Shown here: positions 41,878 to 53,462 of the stretch, in pieces
How positions within the stretch are numbered: position 1 is the first letter of the stretch
How the letters are laid out: each line of letters begins with the position of its first letter
Origin: Sphingomonadales bacterium
GTDB lineage: Bacteria; Pseudomonadota; Alphaproteobacteria; Sphingomonadales; Sphingomonadaceae
NCBI GenBank assembly: GCA_012032285.1
Contig: JAAURJ010000009.1
Location: 2,269-66,268 of the forward strand
Direction of reading: 5' to 3'
DNA length: 64,000 nucleotides
Made by a program: the position numbers and the translations under genes
Notes under the pieces: model-generated
The model's input: the letters and a program-made list of their open reading frames with translations, nothing else
Told to the model about the DNA's origin: nothing
The model's database searches: none

Positions 41878-44791
41878 CTACCGCCCGGCTCCTGCTACGC
41901 CATTTGCCTTGATAGCCGCTTTTTCTTTTTGCGGGCGAACGGTTAGCTTCCACGCAGTATCATCGCGGAAATAGCGTTTTGCCAGCTCCTGCAATTTTGC
42001 AGGTGTGACATTGTTGAAGTCGCTATATAGCCGCGTCAGAGCATCGAAACGCCGCGCATCAAAGGTGGCACCTTTTAGATATTGCAACCAGAATGTGTTG
42101 CCCGACGACGCTCGTTCAATATATTGTTTGATTGGTTCGACCGCGCGTTGCAGTTCGTCATCGCCAATGGGCGCAGCAGCCAGATCCTTTGCAACATCGT
42201 GCGCAAACGCATAGAATTTTTCGACATCTTTGGGCTGCACTTGTGTATAAGCCATTAAATAGCCGCCCCCAGGAAAGCTTTCAGGCCAGCTATTTGCCAT
42301 ATCCGGGCTATAACTCGCGGCCTGTTCGGCGCGGAATTTTTCGAACAAGCGGTCGCGGAAAATAGCCGCCAAAACTTCCAACTCGCGGCTTTCCGAAATC
42401 GCCTCTATCCCGCCGCCTGTCGGCCAGGCTATCAACGCCGCGACCTGATCCGCCGGTCCTTTATGTGTTAATAGGACGGGTTTTTGATCCCCCACCGGAA
42501 AGGCCATTTGCAACGCTTTTTCAGAAGGAGGAGCATCATCACGCGCGGCCAATGCGCCAAAAGTCACCGCCAGCGCCTCAACCGCTTTATCCCGTTCAAA
42601 GTCGCCAAATATAATCACTTCAATCGGTCCTTGCTTCAACAAGGGTGCCCAAAATTTTTCAAAACTTTCGGGCGTCAACGCCTCAATTTCGTCGGGGGAT
42701 GGGGATTTCCACCTACGGTCCTTACTTCGGATCAGATATTCAAGATCGCGTTGCAGCACCGCATTGGCCGACATTTCAAAACTGTCATAATTGGCCTTCG
42801 CGCTCGCCTTTGCACGGATCACAGGGCCGGGCCGCCAGCCAGGATGTTCGAGCTTTGCCGCAATCAACCGTAATTGATCGGCCAAGTCATCGGGGCGGGT
42901 TGTGCTGGAAAATTCGAAGGCATTATCATCAATATCAAAATCAAGCCCGATCCGCCGGCCTTTGATAATCTCGTCAATTTCGGTGCGGCTAAGATTACCT
43001 ACGCCATTATCGCCAAGCACCATGGCCCGGCCCAAAGCAAATCGCCGCCTTTTGCCGTAAAGGATTGATAGCCGTTCCCGAAACGCACGATCATTCTTAT
43101 CTGGTCATTTTCGGCTTTATTGGGATCGAGCAGCGCTCGAACCCCATTGGCAAATTGCAGCGTTTCAATTTTTAACCGCGGATGTTCGCCGCTGGCCACG
43201 ACTTGTCCCGCTTTACCCAAAGCGGGCAGATCATCGATGGTCAGAACCTTTTCCGGCAATCGGGCATCGGCATTTGCCACTACTTTTTCGGTAAAAGCTT
43301 GGGCCAGACGATCTTTCATTGCCCCTACGCCCTGCCCGTCTGCTTTTGGGGCCGTCAGGAAAATACGCTGTGCATCGCCGGAAAACAGGTGTTTTAGCAC
43401 GGCATGGACGGTATCAGGCGTTAATCTTGCCTCCATTCCATTGAACACATTGAGGACGGTTTGCGGGGTCGCAACGGTTTCGCGGATATCGACGGCGCTG
43501 ACAATGGCATCGGCCTGCTTCGAGGCGCTTTCAAATCGATAGCTTTGCACCTGTGTTCGGAAAATATCCTGAAAAGCACGCTTTTCGCGGTCAATATCCA
43601 TTTGCGAGGGCGGTGATGCCACTGCATCGGCGATGATGGCGCGGACATCGGTGACCGCTTTTTCCCATTCGCCGTCAACCGGCTGCACCGAAATTTGCGT
43701 GGCTTCGGCTGAACGCGACTGATCATTGGTGTCTATGCTGGCGAAGACATAGCTGGCCCCTTCCCGCGCCGCGCGTTCCAACCGCCGGTTGACCATGGAT
43801 GTGGCCATATATTCGGTCAATATCCCTTCATTATAAACAATCGTATCATCCTTTAGCGTCCATGGGCGCAGCCAGGATAATGTGACCAAAGAAGGCATGG
43901 TGGGTTCAACAAACAGCTCTGCGGTCGCGCCCGCATTTGGTTTCCCGAAATCCGGCGGCGGTACGGACTGACCCGCACCTTGCCAATCGCCATAATATTT
44001 TTCGATCATCGCCGCCATAACCGCCGGATCACCATCACCAGCAATCACAACAACGGCATTTTCGGGCCGGTACCAGCGCTTATGAAAAGCCGCCAAGCGC
44101 GGTGCGTCGGCATTGATCAAGGTTTTTGTTGTGCCGATAACCGGCCGGTTCGCCAGCCTTTGCCCCTGATAAAGATGTTCGCGCAATTTATTGGCGGCAT
44201 CCAGCGCCGCGCCGCCGCTTTCGCGCTGTTCGGCAAGTACGATCGCTCGTTCGGCATCGAGCGCGGCTTTGGAGATACGCGGCTCGCGGATCATACCCGA
44301 GAGGATTTTCATCGATTCTTCAAACCGGCTATCATCACTATTGGGCAGGTCGAGTTGATAGACGGTCTGCGTCGGTGTGGTCTGCGCATTGCTGTCACTG
44401 CCAAAGGTAACGCCGAAACGCTGCCATATCCGTTTTGCCTCGCCGTCTGGAACATGGGTGGAACCGCGAAAAGCCAGATGTTCAATCAAATGGGCAAAGC
44501 CTTGTTCAGCATCCTGTTCGTGCAGCGAACCTGCATCTATGCGCACCCGGATCGACATTTGCTTTGCTGGCACATCATTATTTTTCACCGCATAGCGCAA
44601 ACCGTTGGAAAGCGTGCCAAATGTCCAGCTTTCATCAACCGGAATATCGCTGCCTTTATAAAGCCAGGGGGCGGTGTCGTCTTGCTCCGCTGGCGAAAGG
44701 GCCGGAGCGGACGTCGCATCCTGCGCCATGGACGGCACGGACAGGCCAAAAATAGCAAGCGGGAAGAGGAGGCAGAAAACCGTGTTTTCAT
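41878..44791 (-). CDS. M16 family (PqqL-like) periplasmic zinc peptidase; apparent frameshifts near 44786 and 43027
   Basis: Inverted zincin AHLIEHLAFRGS, SNAQT, YRPENA; AGGA plus ATG 44791; one-base repairs give a signal peptide and join the C-terminal half. Confidence 0.85.
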
Positions 44792-44851
44792 ATTGGTCCT
44801 AATGATCGCAAACGCCTTGATGGCGGATGAACAGCGACAGTTTTAAGGGCG

Positions 44852-45622
44852 TTAAATTCCGCCATCAATCGCTGGATAACTTAACCCTTCTAGCCCCGAT
44901 ATCAACGCTTCGGTGCATTGCGAAAGCAATTTGGGGTTCACCGAACGAACCACGAAATTCGCCCCTACCCGCCCTTCCCGAAAGAAGGGGTAGCTGCCGA
45001 TCTGGCACCCTTCATGTGCCTTTTCAATTTCGGACAGCAGGGCCGCGACCTCGCTTTCGGCGACCCAGCAGCCAATTTGGCGCGACAACAGCGGATCGCC
45101 GCCCTCTAGGGTTCCGGTGAGCGCATCGAGCATACCAGCGGTGATATGCGGCACACCTGCCATGATGTAGATATTGCCGATGCAGATGCCCGGCGCCCCC
45201 GACATTTTGTTGGGGATCAGTTCCGCCCCGTCCGGCACCCGTGCCATACGCAGCCGTCCGGGGTTGATACCGCCGCGCGTTTCATAATAGCGATGCAGCA
45301 CCGCGCTTGCCTCCGGATGGATCACCACCTCCACGCCGAGTGCCGCTGCAATGGCATCAACGGTTATGTCATCATGCGTGGGTCCAATGCCGCCTGTGGT
45401 AAACAAATAGTCATGGGTAGAACGCAATGCATTCACCGCATCCGCTATGGCGTCCATATCATCGGACACCACCCGCACCTCGCGCAGGCGAATACCCTGA
45501 ATATTCAACCAAAGCGCGATTTGTGCAATATTTTTATCCTGCGTCCTGCCAGAGAGGATTTCATCGCCGATGATGGCAAGGGCGGCGGTATAGATGCGTT
45601 TTTTTTCCATAGCATTGGCCAT
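44852..45622 (-). CDS. Molybdopterin-binding / CinA N-terminal-like protein
   Basis: IIGDEILSGRTQDKN, TTGGIGPTHDDIT, MAGVP. Confidence 0.85.
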   Translation of the reverse strand: MANAMEKKRIYTAALAIIGDEILSGRTQDKNIAQIALWLNIQGIRLREVRVVSDDMDAIADAVNALRSTHDYLFTTGGIGPTHDDITVDAIAAALGVEVVIHPEASAVLHRYYETRGGINPGRLRMARVPDGAELIPNKMSGAPGICIGNIYIMAGVPHITAGMLDALTGTLEGGDPLLSRQIGCWVAESEVAALLSEIEKAHEGCQIGSYPFFREGRVGANFVVRSVNPKLLSQCTEALISGLEGLSYPAIDGGI

Positions 45623-45673
45623 AACCGCAAACAGCCCTATCGCAAAGCTGGGAAAATGTTTTATATAGCGTCT

Positions 45674-46500
45674 ATGGATAAATATATATCAGTTTCCCCC
45701 GAAGAGGCTAGCATCGCCCGCGACGGCACGATCAAATTGCACGGACCGGAGGGCTTTGCCGGAATGCGTAAAGCCGGGCAGCTTGCCGCCGAAATTTTGG
45801 ACGCGCTCGTCCCTCATGTCATACCCGGCGTAACCACCGAAGAATTGGACGATATCGTCCGCAGCATGACGATAGCCGCAGGCGGGGTTCCGGCGACTTT
45901 GGGCTATCGCGGCTACACGCATAGCTGCTGCATCTCGATCAACCATGTGATTTGCCACGGCATCCCTTCGGACAAGAAATTGCGCGATGGTGACATTGTT
46001 AACATTGACGTTACTCCGCAATTGGACGGCTGGCACGGCGATACCAGCCGGATGTTTTTTGTTGGTGATGTGCCGGTAAAGGCAAAGCGGCTGGTCGATG
46101 TGACTTATGAATGCCTGATGCTTGGCATTGAACAGGCCAAGCCCGGCAATCATATCGGCGATATTGGTGCAGCGATCCAAAAGCACGCCGAGGCACACCG
46201 ATACGGAGTTGTCCGCGAATTTTGCGGCCACGGCCTAGGCGCCTGTTCCACGACGCGCCTGAAATTCTCCATGCGGGCCGCGCTGGCACTGGCCCCGAAA
46301 TCCGGCCCGGAATGTTCTTCACCATCGAACCGATGATCAATATCGGAAAACCTGCGGGCAAGATACTCGACGACGGCTGGACCGCAGTGACAAGGGACCG
46401 AAGCCTGTCCGCCCAGTTTGAACATAGCATCGGCATTACCGAAGATGGCTGCGAGATATTTACGAAAAGCGCCAAGGGCCTCGATCAGCCGCCTTATTGA
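45674..46500 (+). CDS. map: Methionine aminopeptidase type I (apparent frameshift at 46238-46239)
   Basis: CISINHVICHGIP, DGDIVNIDV, GDTSRMF, FCGHGL; one added G gives GRLFHDAPE...FTIEPM...SAQFEHS. Confidence 0.95.
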
Positions 46501-47023
46501 GGCGTTTTGACGCATCACCCTCTTTTTTCGGCAACCGCCCATCAGGATCAAAAACGGTCACATTATTCAGCGGCCGGTCGCCCCAACGCCATAGCACCAG
46601 ATTGCGGGCATCATCCTCTATACCCGGAACAAAGCTGGGCACAATTGCTCCATTATAGCCCTTTTTTAACAAGCCGCGTGCCAATTTCTGCGAAGGGGCA
46701 ATTTTGCCTTCGCGGTTGTAACGCAGCCAGCTACACGCCATATCGGTTTCGCGCACGCCCTCTACCTGCCGCGTGTCATCATCGGTCAGGTCGATTATAT
46801 CCGCCATATCGACATCATATTCGCATAAGGTGAGCGGCATCATCCTGCTGACAAAACCCTGCGTGCATTCGGCAATCGCGGTGATTGGAGAGAGGGCGAG
46901 GTAAAGCGCCTCCTGCCCTTTTTCATTGAACCGTCCGCCGCTTATCGCTGCGCCCTTGCCCGACACCGGGTCAAAGGACCAGCGTGGATCATGCGCCCGC
47001 CATGCGCGGCCCTTAAAAATCAT
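46460..47023 (-). CDS. RES domain toxin
   Basis: WRAHDPRW, SGKGA...GGRFN..G..ALYL, AIAE, SQ.LA, VPS, NLVLW. Confidence 0.88.
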   Translation of the reverse strand: MIFKGRAWRAHDPRWSFDPVSGKGAAISGGRFNEKGQEALYLALSPITAIAECTQGFVSRMMPLTLCEYDVDMADIIDLTDDDTRQVEGVRETDMACSWLRYNREGKIAPSQKLARGLLKKGYNGAIVPSFVPGIEDDARNLVLWRWGDRPLNNVTVFDPDGRLPKKEGDASKRLNKAADRGPWRFS

Positions 47024-47049
47024 ATGCTTCGATCAGGCAAAAGCGCACA

Positions 47050-47526
47050 TTATGCAAAACCGCCCAGCGCCATATGGTCCAGATAATCCCGCACCGCCGC
47101 TGCGTCGCCCGATTTGACCAGCGATTCGGCCGTGCGGCCATCAAGCGCGGGAATGGGTTGTGAGCGATACCAAGCCATAGCCTGCGCATCGCCGCCCGCC
47201 CATTCGTGGATACGGGCAATAATTTCAAGCATTTCGGTCATCCTTCCTTGTGCTTTGGCAGATTTCAGCCGGTCGGTTTTGGTAACGGTGGTCATCGGCA
47301 ATCCAGTGGTTTCAGCAAATTGCGCCCGTGACATATGAAAAGCGGACAACATTTTGGCGATATCCACCAAACCTTTTTTGGTAAAAAACCCGTCCAGAAA
47401 TGCAGCGCCCGGCCCGCCAATCCCGGCCAAGCCCGGTTGAGCCGCAAAAGCCAATGGCATTTCACGCAAGGCCCCGGATTTGGAACCGGTGGTTTTGGCA
47501 TCGGGATATTGCATATTATTGTCCAT
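47050..47526 (-). CDS. Xre/MbcA/ParS-type antitoxin (DUF2384-like)
   Basis: HTH-like segment then A.AWYRSQPIPALDGRTAESLV..G....V..YL; directly upstream of RES. Confidence 0.85.
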   Translation of the reverse strand: MDNNMQYPDAKTTGSKSGALREMPLAFAAQPGLAGIGGPGAAFLDGFFTKKGLVDIAKMLSAFHMSRAQFAETTGLPMTTVTKTDRLKSAKAQGRMTEMLEIIARIHEWAGGDAQAMAWYRSQPIPALDGRTAESLVKSGDAAAVRDYLDHMALGGFA

Positions 47527-47571
47527 ATTTTTGTCTATATATGGATCATATATTATGACATAGAGGAAATG

Positions 47572-48525
47572 TCAAGCATCATCATTCAACGCCATGAGCC
47601 TTAGGCCCGCTGTTTCTTCCAAACCGGCCATGATGTTCAAATTCTGCACCGCCGCGCCGCTTGCGCCCTTGCCCAGATTGTCGAGCATGGCGATCAAACG
47701 GGCGCTTTGTCCATCATTGCTCGCGGCGACATAAATCTGTAAATCATCACGCCCCTCTACCCCGTTCAGCATCAATAGTTCTGCGGGCATGACGGCATCT
47801 TGAACCTTTATTATGGGCGATCCGGCATAATGGCGGGAAAGAGCAAGACGCAGATTATCGGCCTGCGCCGCGCCCGGCATAACCGCGAGCGGCAGGGGGA
47901 TTTCGGCAATCATCCCGCGAAAAGCGTTCACAACGGTCGGCGCAAATAAAGGGGGGTGGGAAAGCCCCGCATATTTCTGCATCTCGGGCAGATGCTTATG
48001 CGCCAGATCATAACCATAACCGCGTGCCGCGATATTGCCGGCTTCTTGAAAACGCGCAATCATCGCTTTTCCCCCGCCTGAATAACCGGACAGGGCGTTA
48101 ACCGTATAGGGCCAATCACCGGGCAGCATCCCTGCCGCTACCAAGGGCGCGAGCAAGGCAAGAAAGCCGGTGGGATAGCAGCCGGGATTGCTGACCCGCT
48201 TGGCCGCCGCAATCGCTTCGCGCTGTGCAGCGTTTAATTCGGGAAAACCATAGGTCCATCCGGCTGATACCCGGTTGACAGAGGAGGCATCGATGATTGC
48301 CGTATGGGCGCTTGTCACCATGGCAGCAGCGTCATTCACCGCCTCGTCGGGCAGGCATAAAATGACAAAGTCCGCGTCATTCATCGCCTCGCGCCGGGCC
48401 GATACATCTTTGCGCCGGGCTTCATCCAGCGCGATCAGAGTGAATTCACTGCGCCCAGACAGGCGTTGCGTTATTTCAAGGCCGGTGGTTCCGGCGGCTC
48501 CGTCAATGAATATGCTTTTGGTCAT
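47572..48525 (-). CDS. argC: N-acetyl-gamma-glutamyl-phosphate reductase (type 2)
   Basis: IFIDGAAGTTGL, VSNPGCYPTG, SGYSGGGK, DNLGKGASGAAVQN. Confidence 0.95.
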   Translation of the reverse strand: MTKSIFIDGAAGTTGLEITQRLSGRSEFTLIALDEARRKDVSARREAMNDADFVILCLPDEAVNDAAAMVTSAHTAIIDASSVNRVSAGWTYGFPELNAAQREAIAAAKRVSNPGCYPTGFLALLAPLVAAGMLPGDWPYTVNALSGYSGGGKAMIARFQEAGNIAARGYGYDLAHKHLPEMQKYAGLSHPPLFAPTVVNAFRGMIAEIPLPLAVMPGAAQADNLRLALSRHYAGSPIIKVQDAVMPAELLMLNGVEGRDDLQIYVAASNDGQSARLIAMLDNLGKGASGAAVQNLNIMAGLEETAGLRLMALNDDA

Positions 48526-48612
48526 GTCCTGAAAACCCGTCTTTGCCATCCCCCAATGCCAAGGGAGAGCGCATTATCTCAATCGCCCGCAAGGCGGACG
48601 GCGCAAACCATC

Positions 48613-49497
48613 TTACAGCAACCGTCTTCGCGCTATAATGGCAGGGCCGCCATCTTCGCCTTGGTTGCGCGCGGCAACATCGGCCAAAGCTTCGGCCACC
48701 ACCTGCATATGATGGGCCGTTGCGTGGATGATGGTGTCACCATCCTGCATTATCCCGACATGGCCCGGAAAATACACCAGATCGCCTCGGCGCAGCGTTT
48801 CACCTTGTGCGATTTCGCGGCCCACCACATCTTGCTGCATATCCGTGTCGCGCGGCAGGTAAATGCCCTTCATCCCATAGACCAGTTGCACCAGCCCGCT
48901 GCAATCAATGGCATGGCCGCTGCGCCCGCCCCACAGATAGGGCGTGCCGAGCAGTTTTTCGGCAAGCGTCACCGGATCTTCCTCCACATGGCCGATTTCG
49001 GCAATATGCTCGCGGAAAATATATCCGCCATCGCAGCTTAAAAATTCGTTGCTGTCATCGGCATCGCCGCAAACCAGCTTGGCCCCCATATGCAAGCGGG
49101 CAAGTGTGTTCGATTTGGCATCGGGCCCCGCGAGCAAGGTCGCGCTGCGCCCGGTGACCATATGGTTCGGCACGGGCCGTTGCCCCAGCGCCTCCAACGC
49201 CACATAACCCAGATAGTCATCATGCACCGTATAGCCCCAGGCCCATTTGCCCGCGACATCCAGCACAGCAAAATCCTCCCCATAAATCAGCTCGCTAATC
49301 CCGGTTGAATCGCCGTCTGCCCGTTCGTGCATCATTGCAGACGGCACAATGCAACTGCGGATCATCGGCACGGCATAATGCGGAGCAAATAACAGCCCGG
49401 CGAGCTTTATATCCGCCAGATCGCCGCGTATCGGTGTCGTCCTTTTGTCCCCGACAAAGCTATGCCCCTCCAAGGTGAAGGTCGGCCGGGCTTTCAT
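48613..49497 (-). CDS. NlpC/P60 (C40) peptidase with SH3-like domains
   Basis: GTPYLWGGRS...IDCSGLVQ, LPRDTDMQ, GHVGI, IIHA. Confidence 0.9.
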   Translation of the reverse strand: MKARPTFTLEGHSFVGDKRTTPIRGDLADIKLAGLLFAPHYAVPMIRSCIVPSAMMHERADGDSTGISELIYGEDFAVLDVAGKWAWGYTVHDDYLGYVALEALGQRPVPNHMVTGRSATLLAGPDAKSNTLARLHMGAKLVCGDADDSNEFLSCDGGYIFREHIAEIGHVEEDPVTLAEKLLGTPYLWGGRSGHAIDCSGLVQLVYGMKGIYLPRDTDMQQDVVGREIAQGETLRRGDLVYFPGHVGIMQDGDTIIHATAHHMQVVAEALADVAARNQGEDGGPAIIARRRLL

Positions 49498-49546
49498 TAT
49501 TGGCTGTTTATTGGCCAAATCACTACCTTTCGCATATTCCCCCGCA

Positions 49547-50937
49547 CTAGCGCGCCGGATAGTTTTTGGCCAGATAGCCGAATACCGCCCGCAGGCCAAG
49601 CGCTTCCCCGCCCTTTGGCCGTCCCGGTTTTGCCGTCGGCCGCCAGGCATAGGTGTCAAAATGCACCCAGCGCGTGTTTGCAGGCACAAATTTCTTCAAA
49701 AACAGCGCCGCCGTTACCGATCCTGCAAAATTGCCGCCGCTATTGGCGGTATCGGCGACATCGCTGGCCAGCATATCGGCATAATCATCCCAGAGCGGCA
49801 AACGCCAATTGGGATCGCCGGCCTCTTTTCCTGCTTCAAAAATACCATTTGCCAGCGCATCGTCATTGGCAAACATGGCCGGTAAATCGGGGCCAAGTGC
49901 CACTCGCGCCGCGCCGGTTAAGGTCGCAAAGTCGATCATCAATTCCGGGTCCGCCTCCCCCGCTTTGGTAAAGGCATCGGACAGCACCAGCCGCCCTTCG
50001 GCATCGGTATTGTCGATTTCAACGGTGATACCGCTGCGGCTTTTGATAATATCGCCGGGGCGAAGCGCATTTCCAGACACGCAATTTTCGGCCGACGCAA
50101 TTAACAGGTGCAGGCGCACCGGCAAATGCGCCGCCATGATCAGGTCCGCCAGCGCCAGCGCATGGGCAGCGCCGCCCATATCCTTTTCATAATCCGCATT
50201 CCTGCGGCACTTTTTATATCCAGCCCGCCGCTATCAAAACTAATGCCCTTGCCGATGACGGCAATGCGTGGATGGCGTTCATCACCCCATTCCAACTCAA
50301 TCAACCTGGGACCAAAACCCCGTGCCGCCGCCTTCCCCACGGCATGGATCATCGGATAACCGGTTTCCAGAGCATCACCGCTGGTCACCGTTACTGCGGC
50401 TTTATACTTTTTCGCGATTTTTCCGACTTCATCTTCCAATTGTTCCGGTCCCAAATCACAAGCAGGGCGGTTGACAAGGTCGCGTACCAACGCCGTAGCC
50501 GCCGCTTGCGCCGCCATGGTATCAATACGCGCCGCTTCTTTCACCAGCAGCAAACGTGCGCCTTCAACCGTGCTTACACCGCGATATTCTTCAAAACGAT
50601 ATTGCGCGAGCATCCAGCCAAGCATTGCATCGCCCGCCTCCGCTCCGGATAAGCGGTATAAACCGGCAGGAAGGCTTTCTGCCACCTTTGCCAAAGCCCA
50701 CACATCCAATTGGCTGCTATCGGATACCCCGGCGACAACCCACCAGTCAGCAATATTGTCACCTGGTAAAATGGCATCTTCTCCGGGTTCAGCGGTAAAT
50801 TTTTGCGCCGCCGCCATCGTTCGTATACGGTCGGTTTGCACCTTTAACCAATCGTCAAAGCTGCTTTTTTCGACAATATGAATTGTTCTTGCGTCCTGGC
50901 CTGTATCGGGCGCAATTAAATTGTGATAATCGGTCAT
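49547..50937 (-). CDS. M17 leucyl aminopeptidase family (apparent frameshift at run 50184-50187)
   Basis: GKGISFDSGGLDIK; one added A gives MKKDMGG; NTDAEGRL, DFATLTGA. Confidence 0.92.
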
Positions 50938-50982
50938 TTGCACCTAATAACCGCTATTTGCCGTGACGGGGAGAATGTTTTG

Positions 50983-51833
50983 ATGAATAAGCGCTTTTTT
51001 TGGTCGTATCGGCACTGTCATTGTGCACCGCTGTTACCGCCTGCTCTAATGGGGCGGAGGACAATAAATCCTATAAGCTCAATCAAGGCAGCGAAAAACC
51101 GGCACAAAAAGCCGTTGCGGTCGCCGCTGCGGATGGCAGCAGCAAGGCCGAAGCGATCAGCGGCAAAGGGCGCAGCGTAGCAGAAGAAAATGACCGTTAT
51201 TCCTTCAGCTACAGCTACCCCGATGAAGCCGGGCGTATCGCACCACTTAAAAGCTGGCTCGATGGCGAAATGGCCAAGGATAAAGCCGCGTTGGTCGAGG
51301 AAACCGACGAAGCCAGTAAGGATGCGAAAGCAAGCGGCTATGAATTTCGGGCCTATTCCTATGGCACAGAATGGAAACGTGTGGCCAATATACCCCGTTT
51401 TTTAAGCCTGTCTGCACTTGTTTCCAGCTATTCAGGCGGAGCGCATGGTATATATGGTTTTGAAAGCCTGTTATGGGACAAGAATGCGGGCAAGCGTATG
51501 AAACCGCTCGACCTGTTCACATCGACGGCGGCTTTCACAGCCTCAATAAAAACCCCTTTTTGCAAAGAGTTGGACCGGCAGCGCGCCGAAAAGCGGGGTA
51601 AGGGTTATGAAAAATCCTCCATCACTGAATTTGATGAATGCATCGACCCTACAGCCAGCACAGTGATATTAGGATCCACTGACAAACAATATTTTAACAA
51701 AATCGGTATTTTGATCGGCCCCTACAGTGCAGGGTCGTATGCTGAAGGCGATTATGAAGTAACCCTGCCCGTCACTGCGGCGGTTTTGCAGGCGGTAAAG
51801 CCCGAATATCGAGCTGTTTTCAAAGCAAAATAA
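50983..51833 (+). CDS. DUF4163/DUF3298-like lipoprotein (apparent frameshift at T-run 50995-51001)
   Basis: One added T gives MNKRFFLVVSALSLCTAVTAC (lipobox); YSGGAHG, PYSAGSYAEG.Y.V.LP. Confidence 0.7.
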
Positions 51834-51837
51834 CCCT

Positions 51838-53385
51838 TCATTCGGCCGCCTCCATCATATCAGGCCTTATTGCTTTGCCCGGCGCGATGCTCTGCGCTTT
51901 TGAAAATAGCATGACACCGTCATCCACTGGATCCTTTGTCAAAATCTTCTTTTCCGCCGCATAATTTTGCAACACGCGCCACGGATGCCGGTCACCATTT
52001 TTGGGTAGCATATCAAAACTGCGCGCAAAATAGCCGGAAGAAAAATCGCTGACAAAAGGAAGCCGCGGCATATCGAGATCATCCAAATGCGGGTTGGCAA
52101 TGCGTGCGCCTTTTTGATCCATCATATTAAGCAGGCGGCAGACATAATCAGCAACAATATCGGTTTTCAATGTCCAGCTAGCATTCACATAGCCAAAGAC
52201 GCTGGCCATATTGGGAATGTCGTTGAACATGACGCCTTTATAATTGACATGGTCCGCCAAATTCACTGTTTTTCCATCAATGGATAATTCGGTTTGCCCC
52301 AGCAGGACCAGATTAAGCCCGGTGGCGGTTACGATCGCATCGGCTTCCAATAGTTTCCCGGATTTCAACCTGATGCCTTTTTCGGTCCAATGATCGATAT
52401 GATCGGTCACCACTTCTGCCTTGCCGTTGTTGATCGCTTCAAACATATCCGCATCGGGAACAAGACATAGCCGTTGTTCCCATGGGCCGTATTTCGGGGT
52501 GAAATCTGTTTCGAAATTCTTATAGCCGGGCATGGCCGCCCGCGCTTCGTCCAGCAAGGTTTTCGACATCTTGTCTGGTGACGACCTTGCTCGCCAGTAA
52601 ACCAGACGCTGCCAATTGATATTACGCCAGCGCGTGACCGCATAAGCAGCTTTTTCGGGCAAAATCTTGCGCATAAACTGGCTGAAAGGGTCAATAGCGG
52701 GGCGCGAGACCATATAGGTGGGGGACCGTTGCAGCATCGTCACCTTTGCCGCTGTTTTGGCCATAACCGGAACTATCGTCACCGCGGTGGCACCCGAACC
52801 GATCACGACCACATTCTTGTTCTTATAGTCAAAATCTTCGGGCCAATGCTGCGGATGGATCACCCTTCCCTTGAAATCGTCTTGGCCCGGGAAATCGGGT
52901 TTATATCCCTCATCATAATTATAATAGCCCGCGCACATGAATAAGAAATTGGCGCGAAATTGCACTTCGGCGCCATCCTCCTCACGCTGCGCTGTCACCG
53001 TCCAGAGCGCCTCTGCGCTCGACCAATCGGCACGCAGCACGCGGTGGCGGAAATGGATATGTTTTTCCACCCCATATTCCTGCGCGGTTTCATGCACATA
53101 ATCCCAAATCGCCGGACCATCGGCAATTGTCTTTTCATGCAGCCAGGGTTTGAACCGGTAACCCAGCGTGTGCATATCGCTGTCCGATCGGATGCCAGGA
53201 TAGCGGAACAAATCCCATGTACCGCCCATATCGGCGCGCTGTTCGACAATGGCATAGCTTTTGTTCGGACACTGCATGGTCAAATGCGCCGCCGCGCCGA
53301 TACCCGACAGCCCAGCACCAACGATCAGCACATCGACATCGGCGGCATATTGTTCTGCCTGCATGACCGCTCTCTCCTGCGTCAT
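51838..53385 (-). CDS. Flavin-containing (Baeyer-Villiger/EthA-like) monooxygenase
   Basis: VLIVGAGLSG, GGTWDLFRYPGIRSDSD, HPQHW, VIGSGATA, ATG. Confidence 0.92.
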   Translation of the reverse strand: MTQERAVMQAEQYAADVDVLIVGAGLSGIGAAAHLTMQCPNKSYAIVEQRADMGGTWDLFRYPGIRSDSDMHTLGYRFKPWLHEKTIADGPAIWDYVHETAQEYGVEKHIHFRHRVLRADWSSAEALWTVTAQREEDGAEVQFRANFLFMCAGYYNYDEGYKPDFPGQDDFKGRVIHPQHWPEDFDYKNKNVVVIGSGATAVTIVPVMAKTAAKVTMLQRSPTYMVSRPAIDPFSQFMRKILPEKAAYAVTRWRNINWQRLVYWRARSSPDKMSKTLLDEARAAMPGYKNFETDFTPKYGPWEQRLCLVPDADMFEAINNGKAEVVTDHIDHWTEKGIRLKSGKLLEADAIVTATGLNLVLLGQTELSIDGKTVNLADHVNYKGVMFNDIPNMASVFGYVNASWTLKTDIVADYVCRLLNMMDQKGARIANPHLDDLDMPRLPFVSDFSSGYFARSFDMLPKNGDRHPWRVLQNYAAEKKILTKDPVDDGVMLFSKAQSIAPGKAIRPDMMEAAE

Positions 53386-53462
53386 ATTAATCAGGCGATT
53401 AGGTTACCGACTTGGTTGCAAATTGCAACGGGTAATGCTGCTTTTATGAAGCAGAACAAGAC

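Noticed and set aside
43980-44846. Long antisense ORFs (e.g. 43980..44846, 17357..18073, 18730..19392)
   Set aside because: Each lies opposite a well-supported gene and has no recognisable motif; typical GC-rich shadow ORFs.
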